From an uncultured delta proteobacterium (GTDB taxonomy: Bacteria; Desulfobacterota; Desulfomonilia; UBA1062), in assembly GCA_963847605.1 (NCBI GenBank), contig CAWKAM010000017.1, positions 84,085 through 148,084 of the forward strand: a stretch of DNA of 64,000 nucleotides. The letters are read 5' to 3'. The notes below the pieces were generated by a model. The model did not search any database, had not been told where the DNA came from, and saw nothing but the letters and a program-made list of their open reading frames with translations. Shown here in pieces: positions 30,890-41,412 of the stretch (position 1 is its first letter; each line of letters starts with the position of its first letter). Position numbers and translations under genes: made by a program.

Positions 30890-32323
30890 TTATCTTGATC
30901 TTTCTTTGAAATTTTTGAGATTATGATAGATGAGAGAATACTGCTGAGCAGGGTTTGCCCAGCCCACATCTTTTCCCATTGCATTTCTTATCATAGCATT
31001 AAGAAGGCCTGTATCTTCAGAAAAGATTCTGCATGCCTGTGATACGGTATCGAATAGGGCGCTTGTGCTGGGATTGGCGACTCGCAGGCCATTGGGCTTA
31101 ACCCCTTTACCAAGGGCAGTGACTGTATCTCTTAAACCCCCTACACCGGTTACGATGGGGATGGTGCCATAGCGCATGCTGATCATCTGGTTAAGCCCGC
31201 ACGGCTCAAACCGGGAAGGCATGAGGAAGAAGTCCGAGCCTGCCTCTATTGCATGGGCCTTTGCCTCATCAAAGCCGATATGGACGCCCAGGTGAGAGGG
31301 AAGATCTCCACGGAGGTCTTTGAGCCTTTTCTCAAAGGCCGGGTTTCCGTTGCCCAGGATGACCACCTTGGCTCCAATGGAAGCCATCTTCGGGATGGCC
31401 TCCAATACACAATCTATGCCCTTTTGCTCCACAAGGCGGCTGATGAGGCCGAAGACCGGGCGTTCATCATCGGGAAGTGAGAACATAGTGAGGAGCGCCT
31501 TCTTACACTTTGCTTTGCCTGCTAGGTCGCTCATAGAATACTGTTGCGCAATGAGGTGGTCCTTGGCAGGGTCCCAGATATCAGTATCAATGCCGTTGGC
31601 AATGCCGGAGAGCTTATATGATATGGCCCGGAGCAAACCTTCCAGACCCGAGCCGAACTCGCTTGTCTGGATCTCTTGGGCATAAGTGGGGCTCACTGTG
31701 TTCACTGCATCCGCAAAGACGATGCCAGCCTTCATGATGTTTATCCTGCCGTAATACTCCATACAATCGTGGTTAAATAACTCATAGGGTAAAAAGAGCA
31801 TGGACCAGAGGATGGCATCGAAGAGCCCCTGGTAGGCGAGGTTGTGTATGGTGAACAGGCTGCCTGTCCTCTCGATGCCTGCATCTTTCATATAGGCCAG
31901 GACCAGTGCAGTCTGCCAGTCATTGCAATGGACGATGTCCACATCACCCATGAGCCTGATCATCTCCACGCAGGCTCGCGAAAAGCAGGCAAAACGCTCG
32001 AGATTGTCGGGGTAGTCGTTGCCTGCATAGGAATACAGGCCTGTCCGGTCGGAGAACAAGGGATGTGAAATGAAATAGATGGTGCCGTGGGAGAAGATCT
32101 TTGCCTCCGTAATCCCGATGCCGGTAAGAACCGAAACCTCGCCGAACGGTTTCAAAGGGAGCCCCATATTCATGACCTCCCGGTACAGGGGCATCACCAC
32201 GGAACAATCAATGCCCTGCCGGCTGAGCTCTGAAGGCAGGGCTGCGCTCACATCTGCAAGACCTCCGGTCTTGGCATAGGGGGTGACCTCTGATGAGCAT
32301 AATAACACCTTCATTGCAGCCAT
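30890..32323 (-). CDS. glgA: glycogen synthase
   Basis: KTGGLADV, HCNDWQT, TIHNLAYQG, PSRFEPCGL. Confidence 0.96.
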   Translation of the reverse strand: MAAMKVLLCSSEVTPYAKTGGLADVSAALPSELSRQGIDCSVVMPLYREVMNMGLPLKPFGEVSVLTGIGITEAKIFSHGTIYFISHPLFSDRTGLYSYAGNDYPDNLERFACFSRACVEMIRLMGDVDIVHCNDWQTALVLAYMKDAGIERTGSLFTIHNLAYQGLFDAILWSMLFLPYELFNHDCMEYYGRINIMKAGIVFADAVNTVSPTYAQEIQTSEFGSGLEGLLRAISYKLSGIANGIDTDIWDPAKDHLIAQQYSMSDLAGKAKCKKALLTMFSLPDDERPVFGLISRLVEQKGIDCVLEAIPKMASIGAKVVILGNGNPAFEKRLKDLRGDLPSHLGVHIGFDEAKAHAIEAGSDFFLMPSRFEPCGLNQMISMRYGTIPIVTGVGGLRDTVTALGKGVKPNGLRVANPSTSALFDTVSQACRIFSEDTGLLNAMIRNAMGKDVGWANPAQQYSLIYHNLKNFKERSR

Positions 32324-32429
32324 AGATGTATATTACACTAAGTTTGGATCAGGCGTAAAGACAATGAGATAGAAAAAATCATTCCAAGGTGATGTTTGAT
32401 TTTAGGCTGTGGTTGGGTTATGTTGGATT

Positions 32430-33027
32430 CATGACCAGGGAGGAATTTGAAATCTCACTCAAGGAGTTCGAGTCGCAGATCAAGAAAAAGCTTCCCTCCA
32501 TGATCAACAGCTACCTTATCAACCGAGGTAACCGGGAGTTTGAAGCGGCATTCACCCATCTCGTTGATACCTTGAACAGGCAGAGGAAGACACTGCTCAA
32601 GGATTTGACCAAGGTAGCCAAGCTCGAGCAGAAAACCCGCTATTTCAATGCCATCTATAATATGGACTCCCAGCTTAGGAGCATGGGCAACCGGGATGCG
32701 CTCAAACAACAGACAAAGCTCCGGCAACACCGTGTCCATGCCCCATTGGTCTACGATCTCGGGGCAGGGCCCGAGGAGGGGGACCTGTTAAATGCGGATG
32801 ATGCCGGTGTCCTGCTGGAAACCACTGAAAAGGTATCCATCGACCATGAGGTGAGGATAAACCTTTCAGGGAAGAAAGCGAGAGGCAAGGCCATGTGGTC
32901 TATCCCGGATGATACGGGCCGTATGGAAACGGGCATCAGGCTTCTTAATCCCTCTGATGACTTCATGGAGGTAGTAAAAAAGATCCTCAAAAAGCCTGCG
33001 AAAAGGCGCAAAGATCCTCATGATTGA
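32430..33027 (+). CDS. protein with degenerate C-terminal PilZ-like domain
   Basis: Helical N-terminus, then LRQHR...LLNADDAGVLL and beta strands ending ETGIRL. Confidence 0.55.
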
Positions 33028-33061
33028 CACTCATAAGGTGCCATAGTATTCCTTTAAGGGT

Positions 33062-34267
33062 ATGAGATTCGCTATTTTTACCCTGGGATGCAAGGTCAAC
33101 CAATATGAAAGCCAGCGGATCCGGCAAGGGCTTCTCGCAGCAGGACACATTGAGCAGGCCTTTATTGAGCCGGGGGCGGACTGTTACATCATCAATACCT
33201 GTACCATAACCCATAAGTCCGATGCAGAAGGCAGGAGAGTAATACGCAGGGCGCTGAGGCACGGAGGCAGGGTGGTGGTGACAGGCTGCCAGGTGATTGT
33301 CGATCCCGAGGGTATCAGGGGTATCTCAGAGGTTATCGAGATAGCCAGACCCGACCATCTCCCAGAGATACTCCAGGTGGACCTTCCATCCATAATCTCA
33401 GGGTTCGGCGACCACCATCGGGCCTTTGTGAAGATCCAACAAGGCTGTGACAAGTATTGTACTTATTGCATCGTCCCTTTCGCCAAGGGCAGGCCATCAA
33501 GCAGGCCTTGGCAGGAGGTGGTAACAGAGGTGAAGGCCCTGCATGAAAAGGGCTATCAGGAAGTGGTGCTTACCGGGATCAATATCGGCCTGTTTGAAGG
33601 TGGGCTATCGCGGCTTGTGGAAAGGGTGCTTTCCCACACTGCGGTTCCCAGGCTGAGGATCAGTTCCATCGAACCCTGGACCGTGGAGGATTGCCTTATA
33701 TCTATAATCGTGGGTGAGCCCAGGCTCTGCAAACACCTGCACCTGCCCATGCAGCATGGAAGCGACACCATTCTTCATGCTATGGGCAGACCCTATACAT
33801 CCGGATACTTCACGACGCTTATGGATCGCATCAGAAATATCTCACCCGAGGTTGCAATCGGTTTAGATGTTATTGTGGGATTCCCGGGTGAGGACGACAA
33901 GTCCTTTGAGGAATCTTATAGTCTCATAGAGGACCTCAATGTTGCGTACCTCCATGTCTTCCCCTTCTCACCGAGAGAAGGGACGTCTGCTGCGCATTTG
34001 CCCGGACGACCGGACTCCGCAGTAGTAAAACACAGGGCTGCTTACTTAAGGACGTTATCGAGGGGAAAAAGGCTCTCCTTTGCCCGTTCACGATGGGGTG
34101 GCATTGAAGACGTACTTGTCACAGGGATCTGCAAAGAGCATTTCATCGGTGTTACCTCCAACTATCTCATGGTTAAGTCGCCGGGCTCTGTATCAGAAGG
34201 AAGCATCGTAAGGGTACGGCTTAAAGGTATGGAAGGTATGACCCTGCTCGGAGAACTCATTGGATAA
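33062..34267 (+). CDS. mtaB: tRNA methylthiotransferase, MtaB-like
   Basis: TLGCKVNQYES, INTC, GCDKYCTYC, IVGFPGE, HVFPFSPREGT. Confidence 0.88.
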   Translation: MRFAIFTLGCKVNQYESQRIRQGLLAAGHIEQAFIEPGADCYIINTCTITHKSDAEGRRVIRRALRHGGRVVVTGCQVIVDPEGIRGISEVIEIARPDHLPEILQVDLPSIISGFGDHHRAFVKIQQGCDKYCTYCIVPFAKGRPSSRPWQEVVTEVKALHEKGYQEVVLTGINIGLFEGGLSRLVERVLSHTAVPRLRISSIEPWTVEDCLISIIVGEPRLCKHLHLPMQHGSDTILHAMGRPYTSGYFTTLMDRIRNISPEVAIGLDVIVGFPGEDDKSFEESYSLIEDLNVAYLHVFPFSPREGTSAAHLPGRPDSAVVKHRAAYLRTLSRGKRLSFARSRWGGIEDVLVTGICKEHFIGVTSNYLMVKSPGSVSEGSIVRVRLKGMEGMTLLGELIG

Positions 34268-35975
34268 CAGCGCGATTGTCGATGCGTTACTTGAGATGGC
34301 CCAAGTCTTAGAGTTCCTGGATGAAAATCCCTTTAAGGCAAAGGCCTACGAACGTGCCGCCAGGTCTATCTCCGAGCTTGCAGCTCCGGTAGAAGATCTT
34401 TTGGACAGCGGTGAGATCAGCCATATTAAGGGTATCGGCCAGGCCATTGCTGCGACCCTGAATGCATGGGTGAAGGATAATGATTTCTCTGCGTTAAAGG
34501 ACCTGCAGTCCAGACTGCCACAAGGTTATGTTGAGCTGTTGAAGGTACCAGGGCTCGGTATAAAGAGACTGAAGATCCTCCATAACGATCTCGGCATCTC
34601 CACCCTCGATGAGCTTCTCGATGCCATCGAGGCAGGCAAGATCGCCTCTGTCAAAGGTTTCTCCGATAAAAGCATTGCCAAGCTCAGGGGCTCAGTGAAG
34701 GCTATCCTTGATTACCGAGGGTGGTATCTGATGGATACAGCATGGGGCTGGGCGACAATGATGGTCTCACTCCTGAAAGAGTGCGGGGTGTATGCACAGA
34801 CTACCGGTGTCTACCGCAGGTCCATGGAGATAGTTTCCTCTATCGACCTGCTCTGCGAAGAAAGAGCTGGCATACACAACAAATTTGCGCAATGCACCGG
34901 CTTAATCCCTGACATTAAGCTCACATACGATGGGCCTGCCCTTGTGATAACGTGTCCGGGCAGACCCACCGTAAGGATTCATACCGTACCACCAACGCTT
35001 ATTGTGCCTGCATTGTTTATCACCACCGGCTCTGAAGCCCATGTGGATCAGGTGAACACGCTTGGGAACAGCCGTTCAATCCGGATCTCCCGCGACGGGG
35101 TGTTCAAAGACGAAAAACCCTTCCCTATCCGGGACGAGGAAGAGTTTTATGGCCTGCTCGGCATGCAGTACCTCCCGCCCGAGGTTAGGGAGGGCAGGCA
35201 GATGGAAATTGACCTGGCCAGAAGCGGTAGCGTACCCGAACTCATCATGGCTGACGATCTTATGGGAGTCATTCATATCCACACCACCTATAGTGACGGC
35301 AGGGCGACACTCAAGGACATGGTGCAGGGTGCGTATGAGCGGGGCTATTCCTGGATCGGGATCTCAGACCACAGCAAGAGCGCCTATTATGCCGGCGGCA
35401 TGAGTATAAAGACACTGAAGAAGCAGTTCGAAGAGATCGATGAACTAAAGAATGCATTTAAAGACTTCACAATCTTCAAGGGTATCGAATCCGATATCCT
35501 TGAAGACGGCTCGCTTGATTACCCTCAAGCCGTACTCAAGCAGCTTGATTTCGTCATTTCCAGCATACACTCCCACATGGACATGGATAAGGCTGCCATG
35601 ACCGAGCGGATCATCAAGGCCTTAAGGAATCCCTTCACCACCATCCTCGGCCACCCAACGGGCAGGCTGCTCCTTGGCCGCAGGCCCTATGAGGTGGACA
35701 TGGAGTCGGTCTTAACGGAGGCGGCCAGACAGGGGATCATTGTGGAGCTCAATGCCAACCCCTTGAGGCTCGACCTGGATTGGCGCCTTATGCCTGACTT
35801 TATCGCAAAAGGCGGACGTATCGTTGTTGCACCTGATGCCCATATCGTCTCCGGGCTTGACGATATGCTCTATGGAATATCAATTGCCAGAAAAGGTCTG
35901 CTTTCAAGACAGGCCTGCATAAATTGTTTATGTGCCGAAGAAGCGAGGGAGGCGTTCAAGGCCAGGTGGTCATAG
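34260..35975 (+). CDS. polX: DNA polymerase X-like/PHP domain protein
   Basis: ENPFKAKAY, HhH VPGLGIK, PPEVRE, PHP motifs HIHTTYSDG, SDHS, GHPTGR, PDAH. Confidence 0.9.
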   Translation: MDNSAIVDALLEMAQVLEFLDENPFKAKAYERAARSISELAAPVEDLLDSGEISHIKGIGQAIAATLNAWVKDNDFSALKDLQSRLPQGYVELLKVPGLGIKRLKILHNDLGISTLDELLDAIEAGKIASVKGFSDKSIAKLRGSVKAILDYRGWYLMDTAWGWATMMVSLLKECGVYAQTTGVYRRSMEIVSSIDLLCEERAGIHNKFAQCTGLIPDIKLTYDGPALVITCPGRPTVRIHTVPPTLIVPALFITTGSEAHVDQVNTLGNSRSIRISRDGVFKDEKPFPIRDEEEFYGLLGMQYLPPEVREGRQMEIDLARSGSVPELIMADDLMGVIHIHTTYSDGRATLKDMVQGAYERGYSWIGISDHSKSAYYAGGMSIKTLKKQFEEIDELKNAFKDFTIFKGIESDILEDGSLDYPQAVLKQLDFVISSIHSHMDMDKAAMTERIIKALRNPFTTILGHPTGRLLLGRRPYEVDMESVLTEAARQGIIVELNANPLRLDLDWRLMPDFIAKGGRIVVAPDAHIVSGLDDMLYGISIARKGLLSRQACINCLCAEEAREAFKARWS

Positions 35976-36832
35976 AGTGTGTTAACCTATCGTATCGCTA
36001 CGAGAACCCAGGGGATGAATGGGCGTTAAGAGACATCGATCTGAAGATCGGTCAGGGCGAGAAGGTCGTCATCGCAGGGCCGGCCGGCTCGGGCAAGACC
36101 ACCTTGCTGCAGCTGCTGGATGCGCTCATTATCCCCGGCAAAGGCGACATACTCTACGACGGCATCAGCGTGCGCACACTCGCCAGAAAAAAGGGGCTTC
36201 CTTCTGTGCGCAGGCGCATGGGAGTACTCTTTCAGTTTCCCGAAGACCAGTTCTTTCAGGAGACGGCCTATGATGAGCTCGCCTTTGCCTTAAGAAACTT
36301 CTTTAGCCCTCGAGAAGAGGAAATCGAACAGAAGGCCTATTCGGTAACCCAAGGCTTCGGCCTGGACTTGGTGCGGCTCAAGGTCACCTCGCCTTTCAGC
36401 TTGAGCTCAGGAGAGAAGCGTAAACTGGCCCTGGCCTCGGCCCTCATGATAAGCCCTGAGATATTGATGCTTGATGAACCAACGGCAGGCCTCGATGCCT
36501 CGGGCAGACACGAGCTTACTCGAATGATATACTCACTTGCTGATACTACGGTTATCATCGTCACCCACAACCAGGAGGATTTCCTGGGCCTCATGGACCG
36601 TCTTATCGGCATCGCAGCAGGTAGGATAGTCATGGACGTGAGAAAGGAGGAACTGCTCGGGAAGGTTGATGCGATGGAGCAATCCGGGATCAATGCCCCC
36701 CTGGTGCTCCTGGTCCAGCATTGGCTCAAACAGGCCGGGATTTCTTTTGATCATACTTCTTTTGAGATGGAGGATCTGATCGGCTTTCTGAAAAATGAGA
36801 TCTTCAACATCAAGGGGCAAAGCCAATCTTAG
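35966..36832 (+). CDS. ECF transporter ATPase (EcfA2-like)
   Basis: GPAGSGKT, FQFPEDQFF, LSSGEKRK, LDEPTAGLD. Confidence 0.88.
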   Translation: MVIECVNLSYRYENPGDEWALRDIDLKIGQGEKVVIAGPAGSGKTTLLQLLDALIIPGKGDILYDGISVRTLARKKGLPSVRRRMGVLFQFPEDQFFQETAYDELAFALRNFFSPREEEIEQKAYSVTQGFGLDLVRLKVTSPFSLSSGEKRKLALASALMISPEILMLDEPTAGLDASGRHELTRMIYSLADTTVIIVTHNQEDFLGLMDRLIGIAAGRIVMDVRKEELLGKVDAMEQSGINAPLVLLVQHWLKQAGISFDHTSFEMEDLIGFLKNEIFNIKGQSQS

Positions 36833-36889
36833 CCTTATTTTATCCTATTGAGTATTGACTAATACAAACCATGGTCTTAATCTATCCTT

Positions 36890-37420
36890 ATGAAGGATAA
36901 ATCCGTAACAAGCTTCGTGGAAATGAAGGTGGCAGGCATTGCACTTGACCCCACCAATAACGCACCCATTGTGGTCCTGCGTGATCTTGAAGGTAAGTAT
37001 ATCCTCCCCATATGGATCGGTATCATGGAAGCAAGCGCGATTGCTGCAGCCCTTGAAGGGGTACAGTATTCAAGGCCCATGACACACGATCTATTCAAGT
37101 CATTCATCGAAACGTTAGGCGCCGTCATTGAGAAGATCGAGGTGGTTGATATCAGGGACAATGTCTTCTATGCCCTCGTTACCATAACCCATGGCGACAG
37201 CCGTCTTACCATTGATGCCCGCCCTTCGGATGCCATAGCTATAGCACTGAGAACCAAGTCACCAATCTTTGTAGCAAATCATGTGATCAAGGATGCCATA
37301 CGCATTGACTCCAAGACAAGTATGGGTAAGGTCATGGTGGGCTTTGAGCAGGATACAGAGAAGCTCAAAGAGATCCTTGAGAAGATGAACCCCGAGGACT
37401 TCGGCAAGTTCAAGGCTTAA
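36890..37420 (+). CDS. bifunctional nuclease family protein (DUF151)
   Basis: LPIWIG..EA, RPMTHDL, DARPSDAIAIALR. Confidence 0.92.
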   Translation: MKDKSVTSFVEMKVAGIALDPTNNAPIVVLRDLEGKYILPIWIGIMEASAIAAALEGVQYSRPMTHDLFKSFIETLGAVIEKIEVVDIRDNVFYALVTITHGDSRLTIDARPSDAIAIALRTKSPIFVANHVIKDAIRIDSKTSMGKVMVGFEQDTEKLKEILEKMNPEDFGKFKA

Positions 37421-37431
37421 CCTCTTTTATA

Positions 37432-39829
37432 TTGATAGACCCGGCAGCATCGTGTATTTCTCAAGAAGATATGCATGCACATGACGCTGCGCATCAAAAG
37501 GCGAAGAAGATCAGCAAGGCCATCTTCGAGACCATTGTCGAAGTGGCGTATGAGGGTATCTTTGTCTATCAGGGCCATCGCTTTTTCTACGTAAACCCCG
37601 CTTTTGAACGCATGCTCGGTTACTCGGCAGAAGAGCTTGAGGATATGGGCTTTAAGGATGTGCTGCATGAAAGCTCGTCTGAGCTTATGGAAAAGCGATT
37701 TGATGCCCTGATCAGGGGCGAGGAAGTGCGCCCCCGCCGCCTGGACGTGATCTTCAGGACCAAGAGGGGCCAAGAGCGCATCATCTCGCTGTCCACCTCG
37801 GCCATCACCCTGGTGGGAGGCATCTCCGCCACTTTGAACATCGCCCGCGACATCACAAGGCGCAAGGGCATGGAGCAGAGCCTTGAATCTACGAACAAAT
37901 TCCTGGCCGGTCTTATTGCAAGCTCGTCCGATGCCATAATTGCCTCCGATCTGAAGGGCGGGGCCCTCATATTCAACAAGGCCGCCGAAGAGATCACGGG
38001 TTACAGCGCTGAAGATATGCTCAGCCGCAGAAACAACATTGCACAGTTCATGGTTGAAGGTGAGCGTGATCGCATCATGGCCATCTTGGACCAGGGTACC
38101 GAGGAAAACCCCAGGTGGGTCGTGAGTGAAGAGACCTCGATCTACCACAAGGACGGTTCACTCATCCCCATTTCGATTTCCGTGTCCTATCTGTATTCCG
38201 AGGGGAAACCCGTTGCCGCCATCAGCGTCTTCCGCGACCTTAGGCCTTTGAAAAAGGTTGAAGATAAACTTAAAGAGTCGGAACAGAAATATCGTATGCT
38301 GGTGGAGAAGACCCAGGATGGAATTTTTGTCTATCAGGACCATCAGTTCAAATACACTAATCCGGCTTTTAGGGAGCTACTGGGTTATGCCGAATCCGAG
38401 ACCCCTCAGATGGGCCTGAAGGATATTGTGAGACCCGAGTTGGCTAGGATGATAGAGGCCCGTTATGATAAGCGTATCCGGGGAGAAAAGGTCCCGGAAC
38501 AGTATGAGATTGCGCTACGCAGCAAAGACGGCCAATGGCGTGCCTTTGAGATCACCCCTTCCGTCATCGAGTATGAAGGAAGGCCGGGCACCCAGAATGT
38601 GATACGCGACATAACCCAGAAGAGAGAGGCTCAAAAGGCCCTTCGTGCCAGTGAGGCCAAATATCGTGCCACCGTGGAGCATACCGGAACGGCCATGATG
38701 ATCCTGAATGAAGACTACACGATAACCTTTGCGAATAACCAGCTGGAAAGGCTCAGCGGGTTTAGTAAGGAGGAGATCGAGGGCAAGATGCACTGGACCG
38801 ATGTGGTACACCCTGACGATGTGGAGCGCATGAAGGGCTACCACAAGGCAAGGAGGCAAGGGGATAAGGATGTTCCGTCCCAGTATGAGTTCCGGTTTAA
38901 AGACAAGGCCGGCAAAATCAGAGACTCCTTTCTCACCATCGGCATGATTCCCGGTACCAGGCAGAGTATCGTATCTATTATGGATATTACTGAAATCAGG
39001 CAGATGCAGAAGGAACTGGAGCAGACCAGGAAAATGGCTATCTTAGGTGAGATGTCCGCTCATGTCGCACACGAGGTGAGGAATCCCCTTCAGAAGATTA
39101 AGACCGGTGTAGAGCTGTTGTCCAACTCGCTGTCACTGGATGAGCGGCAGAGCAGGCAGCTCGATGGGGTGAAGCACGGAGTGGAAAACCTCGAGAAATT
39201 CGTTACCCAGATCCTTGAATGGACGCGCTCGGGAGAGCTCAGGCTTAAACCCCACCGCATCAGCAACATCATCGATGGGTTGTTGTTCAACCTTGAGAAT
39301 ACCTTCAGACAAAAGGAGGTAAAGGTACAGAACTCATATGACAATGACGCCGACATGGTTGTCGTGGACGGTATCCAGCTCCGGCAGGTCTTTGAGAACA
39401 TCATTGAAAACGCCCTTGACGCCATGCCTCATGGTGGATCCTTGATGATTTCATACAGCCGTTGTTCCCCAGTATACCTTCAAAAGAGGGAAAAAGATCT
39501 TTACCTGTGATGCAACAGAGATCCGCATCAAAGACAGCGGCAGCGGGATTATGAAAGAAGATTTGGAACGGATATTCCAGCCTTTTTTCACCAAGAAGGC
39601 CAAAGGAACCGGACTTGGGCTTGCCCTGGTGAGGAAGGTCATTGACATGCACCATGGTGAGGTCGAGGCCTTAAGCGACCTTGAGCAGGGTTCTGAATTT
39701 GTGATCAGACTTCCCCATGAGCAGGGGGAGTCCTTAAGTGTATCAAGTAGGGAAAATGCCTCGGTTCATAGTCAACAGAAAAGCGGGGAGACACGTGGAA
39801 GAGAAAAAAAAGATCCTGCTTGTCGATGA
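37432..39829 (+). pseudogene. cytoplasmic 4xPAS histidine kinase with an apparent 1-nt insertion near 39454
   Basis: Four PAS domains, H-box AHEVRNPL, N-box ENALDAM; G1/F/G2 boxes (DSGSGI, IFQPFFT, GTGLGL) are in the +1 frame. Confidence 0.85.
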
Positions 39830-41234
39830 TGAGGAGGTCTTTCTCGATCAGCTCAAAGACGCCCTGGAGCAATCGAGCCTCAACCTTCAGATAGATACCG
39901 CCTCTGACGGTATTGAGGCCTTGAAGAAGATTGAGGCGGGCCGCCACGATATCGTGATCACCGATGTCAAGATGCCCAAAATGGATGGGTATAGTCTGCT
40001 CAAGGAGATCCAGAACCGCTATCCTTCCACATATGTAGTGATCATCACCGCCTTCGGCAGTATATCAGGGGCTGTCGAGGCCATGAAGTACGGGGCATAC
40101 GACTTCCTGGAGAAGCCTTTCAACATGGACACGCTCGAGATCTCGCTCACCAAGATACTCAGGCAGCATGATATATTAAAAGAGAACATCGAGCTCAAGG
40201 GACAGATCCAACAGCACGCGGAAGGGCTCGACCAGCTCGTGGGATCGCACCCGAAGATGCAGAGGCTTTATGAACAGATCCTCACTGCCTCGGAGACCGA
40301 TCTTACCGTCCTCATCCTGGGGGAGACCGGCACGGGTAAGGAGCTCATCGCCCGGTCCATCCACTCAAGGAGCGATCGGAGGGCAAAGCCCTTTGTGGTT
40401 ATCAACTGTGCAGCCATACCGGAAAACCTCCTTGAGTCGGAGTTCTTCGGCCATGAAAAGGGTGCCTTCAGCGGCGCCATCAGCCAGAGGATAGGCAAGT
40501 TCGAAAAAGCGCACACCGGCACATTGTTCCTCGACGAGATCGGTGATATCCCATTGGACCTCCAGGCCAAGATCCTGCGCGTCATCGAAGATCACAAGAT
40601 TACGCGGATTGGCAGCAACCGGGAGATCGACCTGGACTTCCGCGTGATCTGCGCAACGAACCGTCCCATCCAGGACATGATCAGAAAGGAGCTTTTCAGG
40701 GAGGATCTTTACTATCGCATCAGCGTCTTGCCCATCATCGTGCCGCCTCTTCGAGAACGTAAGGAAGACATCTTGCTTCTTGCAGGCCATTTCATTACAA
40801 AAAATGCAAAGAAACTTAATTCCTCCGTGAAGGGGATCTCGGTCAAGGCCATGGAGCAGCTTAACGTGTATAGCTGGCCGGGTAATGTCAGGGAGTTGGA
40901 GAACATTATCCAGCATGCAATGGTCTCCACAAGGGCCGAGCTCATTACCGAATTTCCTGAACTGCATAATGTTGCCATGGGCACACAGGAAGCACCCGCT
41001 GTCTCGGTAACGGAAGAGCCCACCATATGGGTGGATGCAGGTGAGGGGAATGACTATCACTCCATCAAGCAGGCACTGCTGGAGCAGTTTGAGCGGAAGT
41101 ACCTTGCCCACCTCCTGGAAAAACACGGCGGTGTTATCGCCGAGGCGGCCCGGGAGTCGGGCTTGAACTATAAAACCTTTTACCTGAAGGTGGAGAAGTA
41201 CCACCTCACCAAGAAGAGAGAAAGAATGCCATAG
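39795..41234 (+). CDS. sigma54-dependent response regulator (NtrC family)
   Basis: Receiver domain, GETGTGKE, GAFSGA, FLDEIG, WPGNVRELEN, HTH; GTG start after GGGGAG. Confidence 0.95.
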   Translation: MEEKKKILLVDDEEVFLDQLKDALEQSSLNLQIDTASDGIEALKKIEAGRHDIVITDVKMPKMDGYSLLKEIQNRYPSTYVVIITAFGSISGAVEAMKYGAYDFLEKPFNMDTLEISLTKILRQHDILKENIELKGQIQQHAEGLDQLVGSHPKMQRLYEQILTASETDLTVLILGETGTGKELIARSIHSRSDRRAKPFVVINCAAIPENLLESEFFGHEKGAFSGAISQRIGKFEKAHTGTLFLDEIGDIPLDLQAKILRVIEDHKITRIGSNREIDLDFRVICATNRPIQDMIRKELFREDLYYRISVLPIIVPPLRERKEDILLLAGHFITKNAKKLNSSVKGISVKAMEQLNVYSWPGNVRELENIIQHAMVSTRAELITEFPELHNVAMGTQEAPAVSVTEEPTIWVDAGEGNDYHSIKQALLEQFERKYLAHLLEKHGGVIAEAARESGLNYKTFYLKVEKYHLTKKRERMP

Positions 41235-41384
41235 GCATCATTGTGCCTCATGCAACGAGACGTTAGCAATTAGGTTATGCGGATCCCTTCCTTCAGTCAG
41301 AGTCCGCTTTTCTCGTTACTATTCACTAGTCACATTCCTCATCTCCTCAATTAACAGAATCGATATCCGACACAAATCCAGACC

Positions 41385-41399
41385 TGGTATGTTTTTCGC
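41385..41399 (+). promoter_or_regulatory. sigma54 -24/-12 promoter candidate for the flhB operon
   Basis: TGGTATG-TTTT-TCGC matches TGGCACG-N4-TTGC with exact GG/GC spacing. Confidence 0.6.
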
Positions 41400-41412
41400 A
41401 TTCCTGTATGCC

